From assembly GCA_014323925.1 (NCBI GenBank), contig JACONC010000005.1:16117-80116 (forward strand): 64,000 bases of DNA. The letters are read 5' to 3'. Shown here in pieces: positions 50,223-60,083 of the stretch. The first letter of the stretch is position 1, and every line of letters begins with the position of its first letter. The translations under genes were made by a program, and so were the position numbers. Under the pieces are notes generated by a model. The model was not told where the DNA came from. It saw nothing but the letters and a program-made list of their open reading frames with translations, and did not search any database. The stretch comes from Chromatiales bacterium (GTDB lineage: Bacteria > Pseudomonadota > Gammaproteobacteria > Poriferisulfidales > Oxydemutatoraceae).

Positions 50223-50648
50223 ATGTTTTTATGGTTTAAGACACTGCACCTGATATTCATGGTCGCTTGGTTCGCTGGCTTGTTTTATCTGCCGCGCCTA
50301 TTCGTCTACCATGCCATGGCTAGCGACAGCGATACGATTAAACACTTCACAGTGATGGAGCGTAAATTATTCTGGGGAATTATGACTCCCAGTGCGGTAT
50401 TAACCATGTTTTTCGGTGGTGGCATGCTAATCTACGGATGGGCAGCATATCAAACGCAGTGGTGGATGCATGTAAAACTGTTCATCATTTTTTTGTTATT
50501 GGCATACCATATATGGTGCGGAATGCTACTACGGGATTTCAAACACAACCGTAACAAACACGGTCATGTGTGGTATCGCTGGTTTAACGAGATAACCTTT
50601 GTCGCACTGGTTGCGGTGATATGGCTTGCGGTGTTCAAGCCGAGCTAA
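50223..50648 (+). CDS. hemJ: protoporphyrinogen IX oxidase HemJ (UPF0093 family)
   Basis: 141-aa, 4-TM protein. LWFKTLHLIFMVAWFAGLFYLPRLFVYHA is the HemJ signature. Confidence 0.75.
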   Translation: MFLWFKTLHLIFMVAWFAGLFYLPRLFVYHAMASDSDTIKHFTVMERKLFWGIMTPSAVLTMFFGGGMLIYGWAAYQTQWWMHVKLFIIFLLLAYHIWCGMLLRDFKHNRNKHGHVWYRWFNEITFVALVAVIWLAVFKPS

Positions 50649-51094
50649 GCATTGTGCGGCGAAAAGCTTTCCAATACCCGTCTATAAACTTGGCGCTTAA
50701 AAGCGACGATTGTATCCAGCGGATACCACCAATCCACCCAACACCACTGGTCAAACTCATTGCTCTCAGTCAAGTCAATAGGGTCGTCGGCGACTAACAT
50801 TTCCAATAAAAACCAAGTTTGCTTTTGCCCTTTATAGGACATCTGCATAGCTGAGGGGAATTCATAGCAGAGTAATTGATCTATAGTTTGCAGCAATTCT
50901 ACATGATCAGATAACAAACCGACCTCTTCGTTCAGTTCACGCCACATTGCAGTTTCTGCAGACTCGCCTCGCTCTATACCACCTTGCGGAAATTGCCAGG
51001 CATCCATTCCGACGCGCTTACACCATAATATCTTCCGGTCGGGACGGCGTATAACCATACCCACACCCAGTCTATATCCTTCGTCATCCTGCAT
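50645..51094 (-). CDS. rppH: RNA pyrophosphohydrolase (Nudix)
   Basis: Nudix box GGIERGESAETAMWRELNEEVGL; the N-terminus aligns to E. coli RppH. Confidence 0.85.
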   Translation of the reverse strand: MQDDEGYRLGVGMVIRRPDRKILWCKRVGMDAWQFPQGGIERGESAETAMWRELNEEVGLLSDHVELLQTIDQLLCYEFPSAMQMSYKGQKQTWFLLEMLVADDPIDLTESNEFDQWCWVDWWYPLDTIVAFKRQVYRRVLESFSPHNA

Positions 51095-51184
51095 AACTCG
51101 TCCTTTGTTGCATAAAACATATAATAATACGCTAAAATTAGGTTATCTGCTCATTGTGCAACCACGAAATAGATACGAATTGCT

Positions 51185-51841
51185 TTGCATATGGACTTAG
51201 TACTCTTTGATTTAGACCATACCCTGCTAGACGGTGACAGCGATTTTAGCTGGGGAGAGTTCTTATGCGAGATTGGCGCAGTGGATGCCCACTATCAAAA
51301 GCGCAATAGAGATTTCTACGAAGCGTATACTCGCGGTGAACTTGACATAGCTGAGTATATAAAATTTTCTCTGCAGCCTCTGGCGCTAAACGATATGCAG
51401 CAACTGCAGGTTTGGCAACAACGATTTATCACCGAAAAGATAGTACCTATGGTTAGGAACGAGGCTGTAGAACTCGTTGCACAATACCGAAGCAACAAGG
51501 ATTTTATCGCGATAATTACTTCAACAAACTCTTTTATCACCCGACCTATCGGCAAAATATTCGGTATAGAGACGGTCATCGCCACTGAACCTGAATTGAT
51601 AAATGGTTCTTTCACTGGCAATATAGCTGGCGTGCCTTGCTTTCAAGAGGGCAAAATTGTTTGTCTAAAGCAGTGGCTTGATAAGCACTCGCTAGACTAT
51701 CAAAAAAGCTGGTTCTACAGCGACTCTTATAACGACAAAGCGTTACTGTCGTGGGTTGATGAACCGGTCGTCGTCAATGGCGATGCAGAACTGATGAAAC
51801 ACGCCGCCCGAAATAACTGGCGTATGCTTAACTTGAGATAA
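51185..51841 (+). CDS. HAD-IB family hydrolase (phosphoserine-phosphatase-like)
   Basis: LVLFDLDHTLLDGDSD motif I; 218 aa. It is divergent from rppH, as in Pseudomonas. Confidence 0.7.
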   Translation: MHMDLVLFDLDHTLLDGDSDFSWGEFLCEIGAVDAHYQKRNRDFYEAYTRGELDIAEYIKFSLQPLALNDMQQLQVWQQRFITEKIVPMVRNEAVELVAQYRSNKDFIAIITSTNSFITRPIGKIFGIETVIATEPELINGSFTGNIAGVPCFQEGKIVCLKQWLDKHSLDYQKSWFYSDSYNDKALLSWVDEPVVVNGDAELMKHAARNNWRMLNLR

Positions 51842-51872
51842 CAGCGCTATCGCAATAGAGAGTAGGCTTGCC

Positions 51873-52811
51873 TCACCAACCGATATCGTCGCCGTAAAGT
51901 TCGGTGTAGCGTTGCTTGAACTCGGTTTTAGAAAAACCATGTTGCTGACCGCCTCGGTGCTCAACCTTATAAGCCGCCAACAACGATGCTATACGCCCAG
52001 TCGTTACCCAATCTAGATTTTCCGATAGACCATAAAGCAATCCTGCTCTATAAGCGTCTCCGCAACCAGTAGGATCCTTTGGGTTATCCGAATGTATAGC
52101 AGGGATGGAATACACTTTGCCGTTAGTGTGAATCAGCGAACCCTTATCGCCCTGAGTGATGATGAAAGCCTGTAGACATTCGGTGACTTGCTCAACTGTC
52201 TTATTGGTGCGCTCGCAGATCATTTGTGCCTCGTAGTCGTTGCACGCCAACCAATCGGCTTGCTCAATAAAATTATTCAGTTCCTCTCGGCTAAACATGG
52301 GTGTGCCTTGACCCGGATCAAATATAAACGGGATGCCTGCTTCGTTAAACTGCTGTGCGTGTTGGAGCATCCCGTCACGCCCATCAGGTGAAACAATGCC
52401 CACGGTAATACCTTGATGCTGGGGCACTTGGTTAATATGACACTGATTCATTGCCCCCGGATGAAACGCGGTGATTTGATTATCATCCATATCGGTTATG
52501 ATAAAAGCACGCGGTGTATAGCTATCTTTGATAACTTTAATATACTCCCTACTGATGCCACATTCGTCCATCCATTTGCTGTAATCAGTAAAATCTTTAC
52601 CCACGGTCGCCATCACATAAGATTGGCAGCCCAGCAATGACAAGCTATAAGCGATGTTGCCAGCACAGCCACCGTATTGTTGATGCATATCAGGCACCAA
52701 AAACGACACATTTAAGATATGTAGCTGGTTTGCTAAGATGTGATTCTTAAACCGGTCGTTGAAGACCATAATGTTGTCAAAAGCAACCGAACCACAGACT
52801 AATATAGACAT
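51873..52811 (-). CDS. PfkB-family carbohydrate/nucleoside kinase
   Basis: 312 aa with a ribokinase-like N-terminus (GSVAFDNI...GGCAGNIAYSL) and the C-terminal DPTGCGDAY anion-hole motif. Confidence 0.7.
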   Translation of the reverse strand: MSILVCGSVAFDNIMVFNDRFKNHILANQLHILNVSFLVPDMHQQYGGCAGNIAYSLSLLGCQSYVMATVGKDFTDYSKWMDECGISREYIKVIKDSYTPRAFIITDMDDNQITAFHPGAMNQCHINQVPQHQGITVGIVSPDGRDGMLQHAQQFNEAGIPFIFDPGQGTPMFSREELNNFIEQADWLACNDYEAQMICERTNKTVEQVTECLQAFIITQGDKGSLIHTNGKVYSIPAIHSDNPKDPTGCGDAYRAGLLYGLSENLDWVTTGRIASLLAAYKVEHRGGQQHGFSKTEFKQRYTELYGDDIGW

Positions 52812-52818
52812 AAATATT

Positions 52819-52992
52819 TAGTCCAACGTAACCATTTCAAAGTCCGATTTTTGTGCGCCGCACTCCGGGCAACACCAATTCAACGGAATATCTTCCCAGC
52901 GAGTCCCTGGCTCTATGCCATCCTCCGGGACACCATATTCCTCGTCATAAATCCAACCGCACACTACGCACATATATTTCTTATATTCCATC
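52819..52992 (-). CDS. rubredoxin
   Basis: I found this 57-aa ORF by hand-translating the minus strand; it is below the ORF-track size cutoff. It reads [57 protein letters not shown], with both CxxCG / CPxCG iron-binding knuckles. Confidence 0.8.
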
Positions 52993-53319
52993 ACCAGTCA
53001 CGAAAATAAAACTAGAACGGGCTAATTATACAGAATACACACTAGCCACACAATCAACGCACAGGCACAAACTCTGCTGAAAATTGCACGGCAAGCTACG
53101 CAGGATTATCCAGTAAGATAAAAGTAACCCGCCGGGTGCGCATTGGAAACGAATTTCCCCTAGGCGTGGCGGGTATTGTTATACATAACATAGCACAACA
53201 TTGGAGTTTATCGTCTATTTCTGTATGCCTTGCCCACTCTAAGAAAGAAATAATATACGAGAAGCTTTGGCTTGCGCTACAGGTGACAACCCTAAGGATG
53301 CAAGGGGATACCCTGCCAG

Positions 53320-56103
53320 CTAGCGTAATGGCCCCTCCAAGAAGACCTTCACTCGGACACGGATGGCAGCCCGGTCTACTGCTATCGTATAGGTTTTCTT
53401 CGTTTCGTCATCTTGCGCTGTGACGACAATCGTAATCGTTGTCACGCGACCTGCGGTTAGCATAATACTGCTACTCGTAGTACCGCTAACCACCGTATCA
53501 TTATTCACTGTGATAGTCGCATTCGGGTGAGTCGCCGATGGTATCACCTGCACTTGCGCTACTATGCTTTCTACATCTACCGTATAAGTGGTCGTTGTTG
53601 GGGCAAAATCCTCAGCCAGTGGAATTGATGTGCCATTACTTTGCGTTAGCACTAAATTACTTAAACTCGCATCACTACTCGGTGCACGGTCTACTGCTAT
53701 CGTATAGGTTCTCTTCATCTCGTCATCTTGTGCAGTGACGACAATCGTAATCGTCGTCACGCCACCTTCGGTTAGCATAATATTGCTACTCGTAGTACCG
53801 CTAAACACCGTGTTGCCATCCACCGTGATAGTTGCATTCGTGTGAGCCGCCGTTGGCATTACTTGCACTTGCGTTACCGTGTTGGCTACACCTACCGTAT
53901 AGGCCGTCGTTGTTGGGGCAAAATCCTCAGCCAGTGGAATGGGTATGCCATTACTTTGCGTTAGCACTAGATCTCTTAAACTGGCATCACGGCTTGGCGC
54001 ACGGTCTACTGCTATCGTATAGGTTCTCTTTGTCTCGTCATCTTGTGCAGTGACGACAATCGTAATCGTTGTCAAGCCACCTTCGGTTAGCATAATATCT
54101 CCACTCTGACTATCGCTAAACACCGTGTTGTCATCCACTGTGATAGTCGCATTCGGGTGAGTCGCCGTTGGTATTACTCGCACTTGCGCTACTGTGTTCT
54201 CTACATCTACCGTATAAGTGGTCGTTGTTGAGGCAAAATCCTCAGCCAGTGGAATGGGTGTGCCATTACTTTGCGTTATCACTAAATTACTTAAGCTCGC
54301 ATCACTACTCGGCGCACGGTCTACTGCTATCGTATAGGTTCTCTTCGTTTCGTCATCTTGTGCAGTGACGACAATCGTAATCGTTGTCACACCGCCTTCA
54401 GTTAGCTTAATATCTCCACTCTGACTATCGTTAAACACCGTGTTGCCATCCACTGTGATAGTTGCATTCTCATTAGTTGTCGTCGGGGTGACCGTTATCG
54501 TTTTCGTCGTATTAGCTACCGACACTTTGTAGGTTAGTGTACTGCTAGTAAAGACCGGCATTAATGTGCCTGCCGATACTGTCAAATTACTTAAACTCGT
54601 ATCTTTACTGTACGGAGCCACAGTCAACATGTAGATCTCGGTCTTTCTTCCATCTGGTTCAGACACTTCAATCGTAATTCTCGTGATATCGCTTTTGGTT
54701 AAGGAAATATCTACACTGATGCTACTGATATCAGTGGTCGCTTGCGCGCCTATGCCATCACTACGAATGGTAATAACACTATCCGTAGTAGCCGTTGCTT
54801 GCAGGGTGATTGTATTGACCATCTCACCGACTGCCACCTGATAGACAAATCGCTGCGGATTAAACGCAGTTATCAATAGACCATTGGACACCGTGAGCGT
54901 GTTCAAAAGTTCACGAAATTGATTGACTAATAAACTGCCGCAGTTAGGTTTGCCGGCGATACCACAGGCTGGGTTATTGCCATCGGGTCCTCTGGTATAT
55001 TTCAATGCTGGGTATTGTGATGCATTACCAAAATCCCAGTCTGCAGTGCTCCATGCACTGTATATACCCGTTGCCGTAGTGGGCAACCGCAGTTCCCTAA
55101 TGGACAGATGCCGGCTATTCGTTACATTACTGCTAAAAGAATTTCTGCCGACTAAACCGCCTGCATTATCATTGCCATCCACAGTACCGGTCGCATAGCT
55201 GTTGGTTATATCACCATAATTTTGGCCGACTAAACCGCCTACACTACTACTACCAGCAACAGCACCGGTCGCATAGCTGTTGGTTATATCACCATCATTG
55301 TCGCCGACTAAACGGCCATTTTCGCCGACTAAACCGCCTACATCAAACCTTCCTTGCACATCACCGGTCGCATAGCTGTTGGTTATATCACCATTATTGT
55401 CGCCGACTAAACCGCCTACACTAGACCGCCCAGTCACAGCACCGGTCGCATAGCTGTTGGTTATATCACCATTATTCCAGCCGACTAAACTGCCTACATA
55501 ATCATCTCCTATGATAACTACATTGAGCAGACCTATATTAGTCATTTTAGAACCAGTGTCTGTATGACCGAATAAACCTATATAATCATCACTACTGGGT
55601 CTATTTATCATTAGGTTAGATATCGTATGACCGTTGCCTTCAAATACTGCACTGAAGCTCTGACTTGCCCTGAAGCGCTGACTCCACCTGCCTATCGGCG
55701 CCCATCCTTGACCTGTCGTCCACGCCGTATTAATGCTTCCACTGTCATAACTGTTAGCATCGTGAAAGTCTAAACTCAGAACCAATTCGTAACCACGACA
55801 GCCACCCTGAGGACAACCGGTCGTTATCCGGGTTGCGGTGCCACTCGCTTTATAGCCAGTCCCATCCAACTGATAGCGTATCGCATCCAATCCCTCTAAG
55901 CTACACAGTTCTATCAGACCATCACCATCTTTGTCTATATCCATAGCTGCTGATACACCGTCGTTATCAGTATCCTCTATGAACTGAGTGCAAGAGGGGC
56001 GTTCCTGAGCAACCGCAGGTTGCCACAATATAAATGCCACCAAAGCAATTAACAAAAATATGCTTAACGGCAGTGACTCATCATTTTTTATGGTTATATA
56101 CAT
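53320..56103 (-). CDS. large secreted repeat protein (adhesin-like) with GLUG-like repeats and four cadherin-like beta-sandwich repeats
   Basis: 927 aa with an N-terminal signal peptide. It has at least 4 copies of GLVGxNxGDITNSYATGxV (GLUG-type motif). It then has four ~105-aa repeats (...YTVDVENTVAQVRVIPTATHPNATITVDDNTV...ITIVVTAQDDETKRTYTIAVDRAPS) matching the cadherin-like beta-sandwich pattern. Confidence 0.7.
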   Translation of the reverse strand: MYITIKNDESLPLSIFLLIALVAFILWQPAVAQERPSCTQFIEDTDNDGVSAAMDIDKDGDGLIELCSLEGLDAIRYQLDGTGYKASGTATRITTGCPQGGCRGYELVLSLDFHDANSYDSGSINTAWTTGQGWAPIGRWSQRFRASQSFSAVFEGNGHTISNLMINRPSSDDYIGLFGHTDTGSKMTNIGLLNVVIIGDDYVGSLVGWNNGDITNSYATGAVTGRSSVGGLVGDNNGDITNSYATGDVQGRFDVGGLVGENGRLVGDNDGDITNSYATGAVAGSSSVGGLVGQNYGDITNSYATGTVDGNDNAGGLVGRNSFSSNVTNSRHLSIRELRLPTTATGIYSAWSTADWDFGNASQYPALKYTRGPDGNNPACGIAGKPNCGSLLVNQFRELLNTLTVSNGLLITAFNPQRFVYQVAVGEMVNTITLQATATTDSVITIRSDGIGAQATTDISSISVDISLTKSDITRITIEVSEPDGRKTEIYMLTVAPYSKDTSLSNLTVSAGTLMPVFTSSTLTYKVSVANTTKTITVTPTTTNENATITVDGNTVFNDSQSGDIKLTEGGVTTITIVVTAQDDETKRTYTIAVDRAPSSDASLSNLVITQSNGTPIPLAEDFASTTTTYTVDVENTVAQVRVIPTATHPNATITVDDNTVFSDSQSGDIMLTEGGLTTITIVVTAQDDETKRTYTIAVDRAPSRDASLRDLVLTQSNGIPIPLAEDFAPTTTAYTVGVANTVTQVQVMPTAAHTNATITVDGNTVFSGTTSSNIMLTEGGVTTITIVVTAQDDEMKRTYTIAVDRAPSSDASLSNLVLTQSNGTSIPLAEDFAPTTTTYTVDVESIVAQVQVIPSATHPNATITVNNDTVVSGTTSSSIMLTAGRVTTITIVVTAQDDETKKTYTIAVDRAAIRVRVKVFLEGPLR
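53376..54640. repeat. four near-identical ~315-bp tandem DNA repeats inside the adhesin gene
   Basis: Repeat copies begin with GGTCTACTGCTATCGTATAGGTT at 53376, 53688, 54004 and 54320. They produce the spurious opposite-strand ORFs (53538, 53832, 54168) that end ...LLLSYRFSSxRHLVQ. Confidence 0.8.
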
Positions 56104-56228
56104 ATAATAAGTAGAACTACGGGACTAGGAAGTTTTAGTCACAAAATATAGCGTCAAATTATGGAGTGAAGGTTACCTTACTAGAAGTATTACCCACTGG
56201 CACTTTCTCCATTGGTAGCCAAGTTCAA

Positions 56229-57137
56229 TCAATTCGCGTTATATCCAAACTCGCCGCGGCTATGCAGTGCACCTTTCCAAAAGTTCTCCCTATGTATGAT
56301 AGCTTCGTCGCTGGTTTTGAATGGCCAACATTCAATAAGCGTGAATCTGAAATTTTTTCTTACATAATCTAAAGGATTTTCACTTTGAAATATTGCCCGC
56401 ATACTATCATTTTCTTGATTGTTTGCTAATAGTTCTTTTAGTTCTTTGTTACCACCATGGAGACTATCCACATAGCAACGCCATCTGTGCCATATTCCTG
56501 ATTCCCCATAGGCCGACCCCACATATTTCTTACCAGTCTGCTTATCAAAAATAACATAAATACCCTTGTTATTCTGCAATGCGGTTCGCCAGTCGTTTCT
56601 GTTGGCATTAACGATAGCCTCAAGTTCAGTAAAGTCCAAGCTAACATTCTCGTAGCCACAAAAAGGTTGACCAGAATATCGGGATTTTAAGAGTTCACTA
56701 AACTCTAGTTGATCGTAAACGTTTTCTAGGTATAGATACTGTTGTCGCACTTTGTTGTTATAAGTAATTTTTAAGCGACCAATCCATTCCTTTCCCTGCT
56801 CAGTTAAATGGACATCATAAAGTGCGCCTACCTTATCTCCTTTAGAGTAAGGATTTTTTACTTCAAATATACCCCCAAATAACCAAACATTTTCACCTTC
56901 AGAGTAAACTCTCATAAACGACAAGATGTATTTGCGTGTCCATCTATTTCTTGCTTGATACCAAGCTTGCCAGCCCCACCACGCAGATTCTTTCTCTCCT
57001 GCTCTTTCCCCGTCTGCTATAAATTCATCTAAGGGTTCTCTCTTACCGTAGCTTTCCTGAACGGCAGCGTGAAGTTTGTATTCATCCAACTTATTTGTAT
57101 CTATGTCTAGCAAATTAGCAAGCTCTATTTTAGCCAT
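56229..57137 (-). CDS. GIY-YIG nuclease-domain protein with an uncharacterised N-terminal domain
   Basis: 302 aa. The C-terminus has GIYVIFDKQTGKKYVGSA...HRWRCYV...IHRENFW...GYNAN, which matches the GIY-(x10)-YVG, Arg, Glu and Asn positions of the GIY-YIG catalytic core. The N-terminal ~180 aa match no family I recognise. Confidence 0.65.
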   Translation of the reverse strand: MAKIELANLLDIDTNKLDEYKLHAAVQESYGKREPLDEFIADGERAGEKESAWWGWQAWYQARNRWTRKYILSFMRVYSEGENVWLFGGIFEVKNPYSKGDKVGALYDVHLTEQGKEWIGRLKITYNNKVRQQYLYLENVYDQLEFSELLKSRYSGQPFCGYENVSLDFTELEAIVNANRNDWRTALQNNKGIYVIFDKQTGKKYVGSAYGESGIWHRWRCYVDSLHGGNKELKELLANNQENDSMRAIFQSENPLDYVRKNFRFTLIECWPFKTSDEAIIHRENFWKGALHSRGEFGYNAN

Positions 57138-57694
57138 TGTATTTTTTCTCCTTAGTTAATAATTTTCTCCTGACAAGGTGTCAGGCGCTTGCTACAAACA
57201 ACACAAAAAGGATGTTCCCGATTATTTCCCTGTCGGGTTTTATATTCACGGGTCGCCCGACGAGCGAGCGGATTTGTGTTGTATGTAGCGTTGAATATAA
57301 TAGCAAAATCAGGTGTAAAGTCCAAAAATTTATTTAAAACTGAGCCACTAAAGACCAGCGAGCTGATTTGTGATGCTTTGTAGCGTTGGATAATGGAACA
57401 GAATTATTAAATGTCAAACCAGGTATATTTAGATTCAAAGTAGAAATGTCAGGCTTTTGAAAAAGTACGCTTTATCCCCTGAAGCTATACCGGGATGAAG
57501 AATGTTGTTGTAAACCAAAATCTTATCCAGTGAAAATAAAAATCTAAAGTGGGCGATAATCTCTTTAGATTTTCAAACCCCAGCACAACATTTCGCTGCT
57601 TTATTCCCTCATTCGTCGCAGATTCGTGGCATCGTGCAGTATTTCCTCTATAAACCGGCGATGTTATATAATAGGGTATTGGAGGAATAATACT

Positions 57695-57913
57695 ATGTTG
57701 ATTTTGACTAGACGAGTGGGAGAGACACTTAAGGTAGGAGATGATGTGAGTGTTACTGTGCTGGCAGTAAGGGGTAACCAAATAAGAATTGGCATTAATG
57801 CCCCTAAAGGCATTGGTGTTTATCGTGAAGAGATTTATGATAAGAAAAAAGGTGCTGACAAGCCTACCACTGATATTGATGAAGAAAACACCAATTCTGT
57901 CACACCGCATTAA
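57695..57913 (+). CDS. csrA: carbon storage regulator
   Basis: [48 protein letters not shown] is near-identical to the CsrA consensus. GGAGG lies 9 nt upstream. It is followed directly by tRNA-Ser, as in E. coli csrA-serV. Confidence 0.9.
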   Translation: MLILTRRVGETLKVGDDVSVTVLAVRGNQIRIGINAPKGIGVYREEIYDKKKGADKPTTDIDEENTNSVTPH

Positions 57914-57934
57914 CGGCGATTGTTACCTGACTAC

Positions 57935-58027
57935 GGAGAGATGGCCGAGCGGCTGAAGGCGCTCCCCTGCTAAGGGAGTATGGGGTTTGTAGCTCCATCG
58001 AGGGTTCGAATCCCTCTCTCTCCGCCA
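57935..58027 (+). tRNA. tRNA-Ser (anticodon GCU)
   Basis: GGAGAGATGGCCGAGCGGCTGAAGGCGCTCCCCTGCTAAGGGAG...long variable arm...GGGTTCGAATCCCTCTCTCTCCGCCA is a class II tRNA similar to E. coli serV. Confidence 0.85.
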
Positions 58028-58099
58028 TCCAATCTAACTGCCGTGCTTACCAACCGAAGCAATAAAAGCCTTCAGGATACTCAATGTGAGATGATGATA

Positions 58100-58450
58100 G
58101 CTGCGCACTGATTGGTCAACTAGTTGTCGTTTCCATTGGTGGTCGCCAAGTGGTTCGCTGCTTAGATCAACTTATCGTAAACAGAGAGCAACCTGAGAAA
58201 ATCGTCTGTGATAACCCTGAGTTTATGAGTAAAGCCTTGTTTTTCTGGTCGCAGGATACGGGATAAAACTCCATCAACCCGGCAAACCGACCCAAAATGC
58301 GTTTATTGAAAGCCTTCATGGCAAGTATAGGGGTAGTTGTCTCAACCTACACTGTGGTTTCGCAGTCTCAAGGAAGCGTACCACATTATTGAGTAATGGC
58401 GATACCACTATAACTATGCGCGACCGCACAGTTCCCTTAATTACCCAAAG
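58100..58450 (+). pseudogene. IS3-family transposase (OrfB integrase core, C-terminal fragment), frameshifted remnant
   Basis: Translation in two frames gives ...KIVCDNPEFMSKALFFWSQDTG* and IKLHQPGKPTQNAFIESLHGKYRGSCLNLH.... This matches the DNGxEF...GKPxxNAFIES(F/L)(N/H)GxxRxE rve-domain C-terminus. There is no intact ORF and the frames are broken. Confidence 0.6.
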
Positions 58451-58598
58451 TCTATAGCGCGTATGTAGAAAATGGCTTAAAGTGAAATCTTATTCATGCG
58501 ATAGCCCTGAAGAAGCGGGAAGGTCGCAGTCGCTTGAATATCTACACTGTGTAGGTTGAATCTATAGAACGGTACTGCTTGGGGTACTTTTATCTTTT

Positions 58599-59903
58599 AT
58601 GGTATATAATTTCTTATCGTTAAGTATGAATACAGCACACCCATCCCAACCTGAAGAAGCGATATTGGTCGCTACCCATTTTGGACACGAACAAGATAAC
58701 CTAGCACATATAGAAGAGTTCTGTGAGCTGGTTAGTTCGGCCGGTATTTATGGTAAACACCTATTAAAGGTACATCGTTCTAAACCAGAGCCTAGATATT
58801 TAATTGGTGCAGGGAAAGCGGCTGAACTGCGCGAACGGGCACAAGCAAATGATATAAGTCTCACCATAGTGGATAGGGACTTAAGCCGCAGTCAGATACG
58901 CAACTTAGAACAGTACAGCGGTACCCGAGTTATCAGTTATGCTGGGTTGATATTGGATATATTTGCGCAGAGGGCACGCTCATACGAGGGCAAACTGCAG
59001 GTCGAATTAGCGCAGCTAGAATATCTCTCTACGCATTTGGTAAGAGGATGGACACACTTGGAGCGACAAAAAGGTGGTATCGGCTTGCGTGGTCCTGGTG
59101 AAAAGCAACTAGAAACCGACCGCCGCCTATTACGGCGACGAGTGGCTACCATTAAAAATGAACTGCAGAGCATTAAACACCGATACCAGCAACGCAGACG
59201 GACGCGCAGAAAAAATGCATTGCCGTCGGTCGCACTCGTCGGCTATACCAACACCGGCAAATCTACTCTATTCAGTGCACTGACCACTGCCCAAGTAGAC
59301 TCTGCTAATATGCTTTTTGTAACACTAGACCCGATTACTAGACGCTTAGAATTGGAAGACTGCACCCTATTAGTCTCAGATACCGTTGGCTTTATCAGGA
59401 ACTTACCCCACCAACTAATAGAAGCATTCAATGCAACTTTATCTGAGGTTCGGGATGCTAATTTAATTTTATGTGTAGAGGATGCATCGGACGCCAAGCG
59501 GCTGGAGAAACGCCGTTGTGTTGAGCAAGTGCTACAGCAGATTGGTGCTGGAGATATTAAATGTATCCGAGTAATGAACAAAATAGATCTATTGGATAAC
59601 GCAAAAGCCAAGGTCGACTTTAACGCTGATGCTTCGGTTAGAATGATCTATCTGAGTGCCTTAAAAGGTGTCGGCATCAATCTTTTGCGACAAGCATTGC
59701 ACGACGAAATTGTTGCTAACCGAAGAACATATAGCTTTCACTTGCCGGCTAGTGCTGGTGCTTTACGCGCTGAATTATACGATAACAAAAGGGTGGTTAA
59801 GGATCGTTATATTCCTGGGCATGGATGGTTATTAGAACTGAGTTTGGAGCAAATAGAATTACAAAAATTACGTACCCGAGCAATGCTACATAAAACCGAC
59901 TAG
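58599..59903 (+). CDS. hflX: GTPase HflX
   Basis: 434 aa. HflX N-domain followed by a GTPase domain (GYTNTGKSTLF, DTVGF, NKID). Confidence 0.9.
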   Translation: MVYNFLSLSMNTAHPSQPEEAILVATHFGHEQDNLAHIEEFCELVSSAGIYGKHLLKVHRSKPEPRYLIGAGKAAELRERAQANDISLTIVDRDLSRSQIRNLEQYSGTRVISYAGLILDIFAQRARSYEGKLQVELAQLEYLSTHLVRGWTHLERQKGGIGLRGPGEKQLETDRRLLRRRVATIKNELQSIKHRYQQRRRTRRKNALPSVALVGYTNTGKSTLFSALTTAQVDSANMLFVTLDPITRRLELEDCTLLVSDTVGFIRNLPHQLIEAFNATLSEVRDANLILCVEDASDAKRLEKRRCVEQVLQQIGAGDIKCIRVMNKIDLLDNAKAKVDFNADASVRMIYLSALKGVGINLLRQALHDEIVANRRTYSFHLPASAGALRAELYDNKRVVKDRYIPGHGWLLELSLEQIELQKLRTRAMLHKTD

Positions 59904-60083
59904 AGCCTCGTCTAACGACATAGTTAGCCGTTGCGTTGCGTTACTGCCGACAACACCTGTATAGTTAGATTTTTAACAGATGATTCTCCCTGCGCTGAAT
60001 CGTAACTGCTACTTTGTCAAGCCTATCCATAGCAACCCGAGTGTCTGTAGCGATGCCCACATGATTGTTTTTGCGTGCTATAG

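Noticed and set aside
53136-54368. Plus-strand ORFs 53136-53423, 53538-53738, 53832-54053 and 54168-54368
   Set aside because: They are antisense artefacts of the ~315-bp tandem repeats in the minus-strand adhesin gene, and end in near-identical low-complexity tails.
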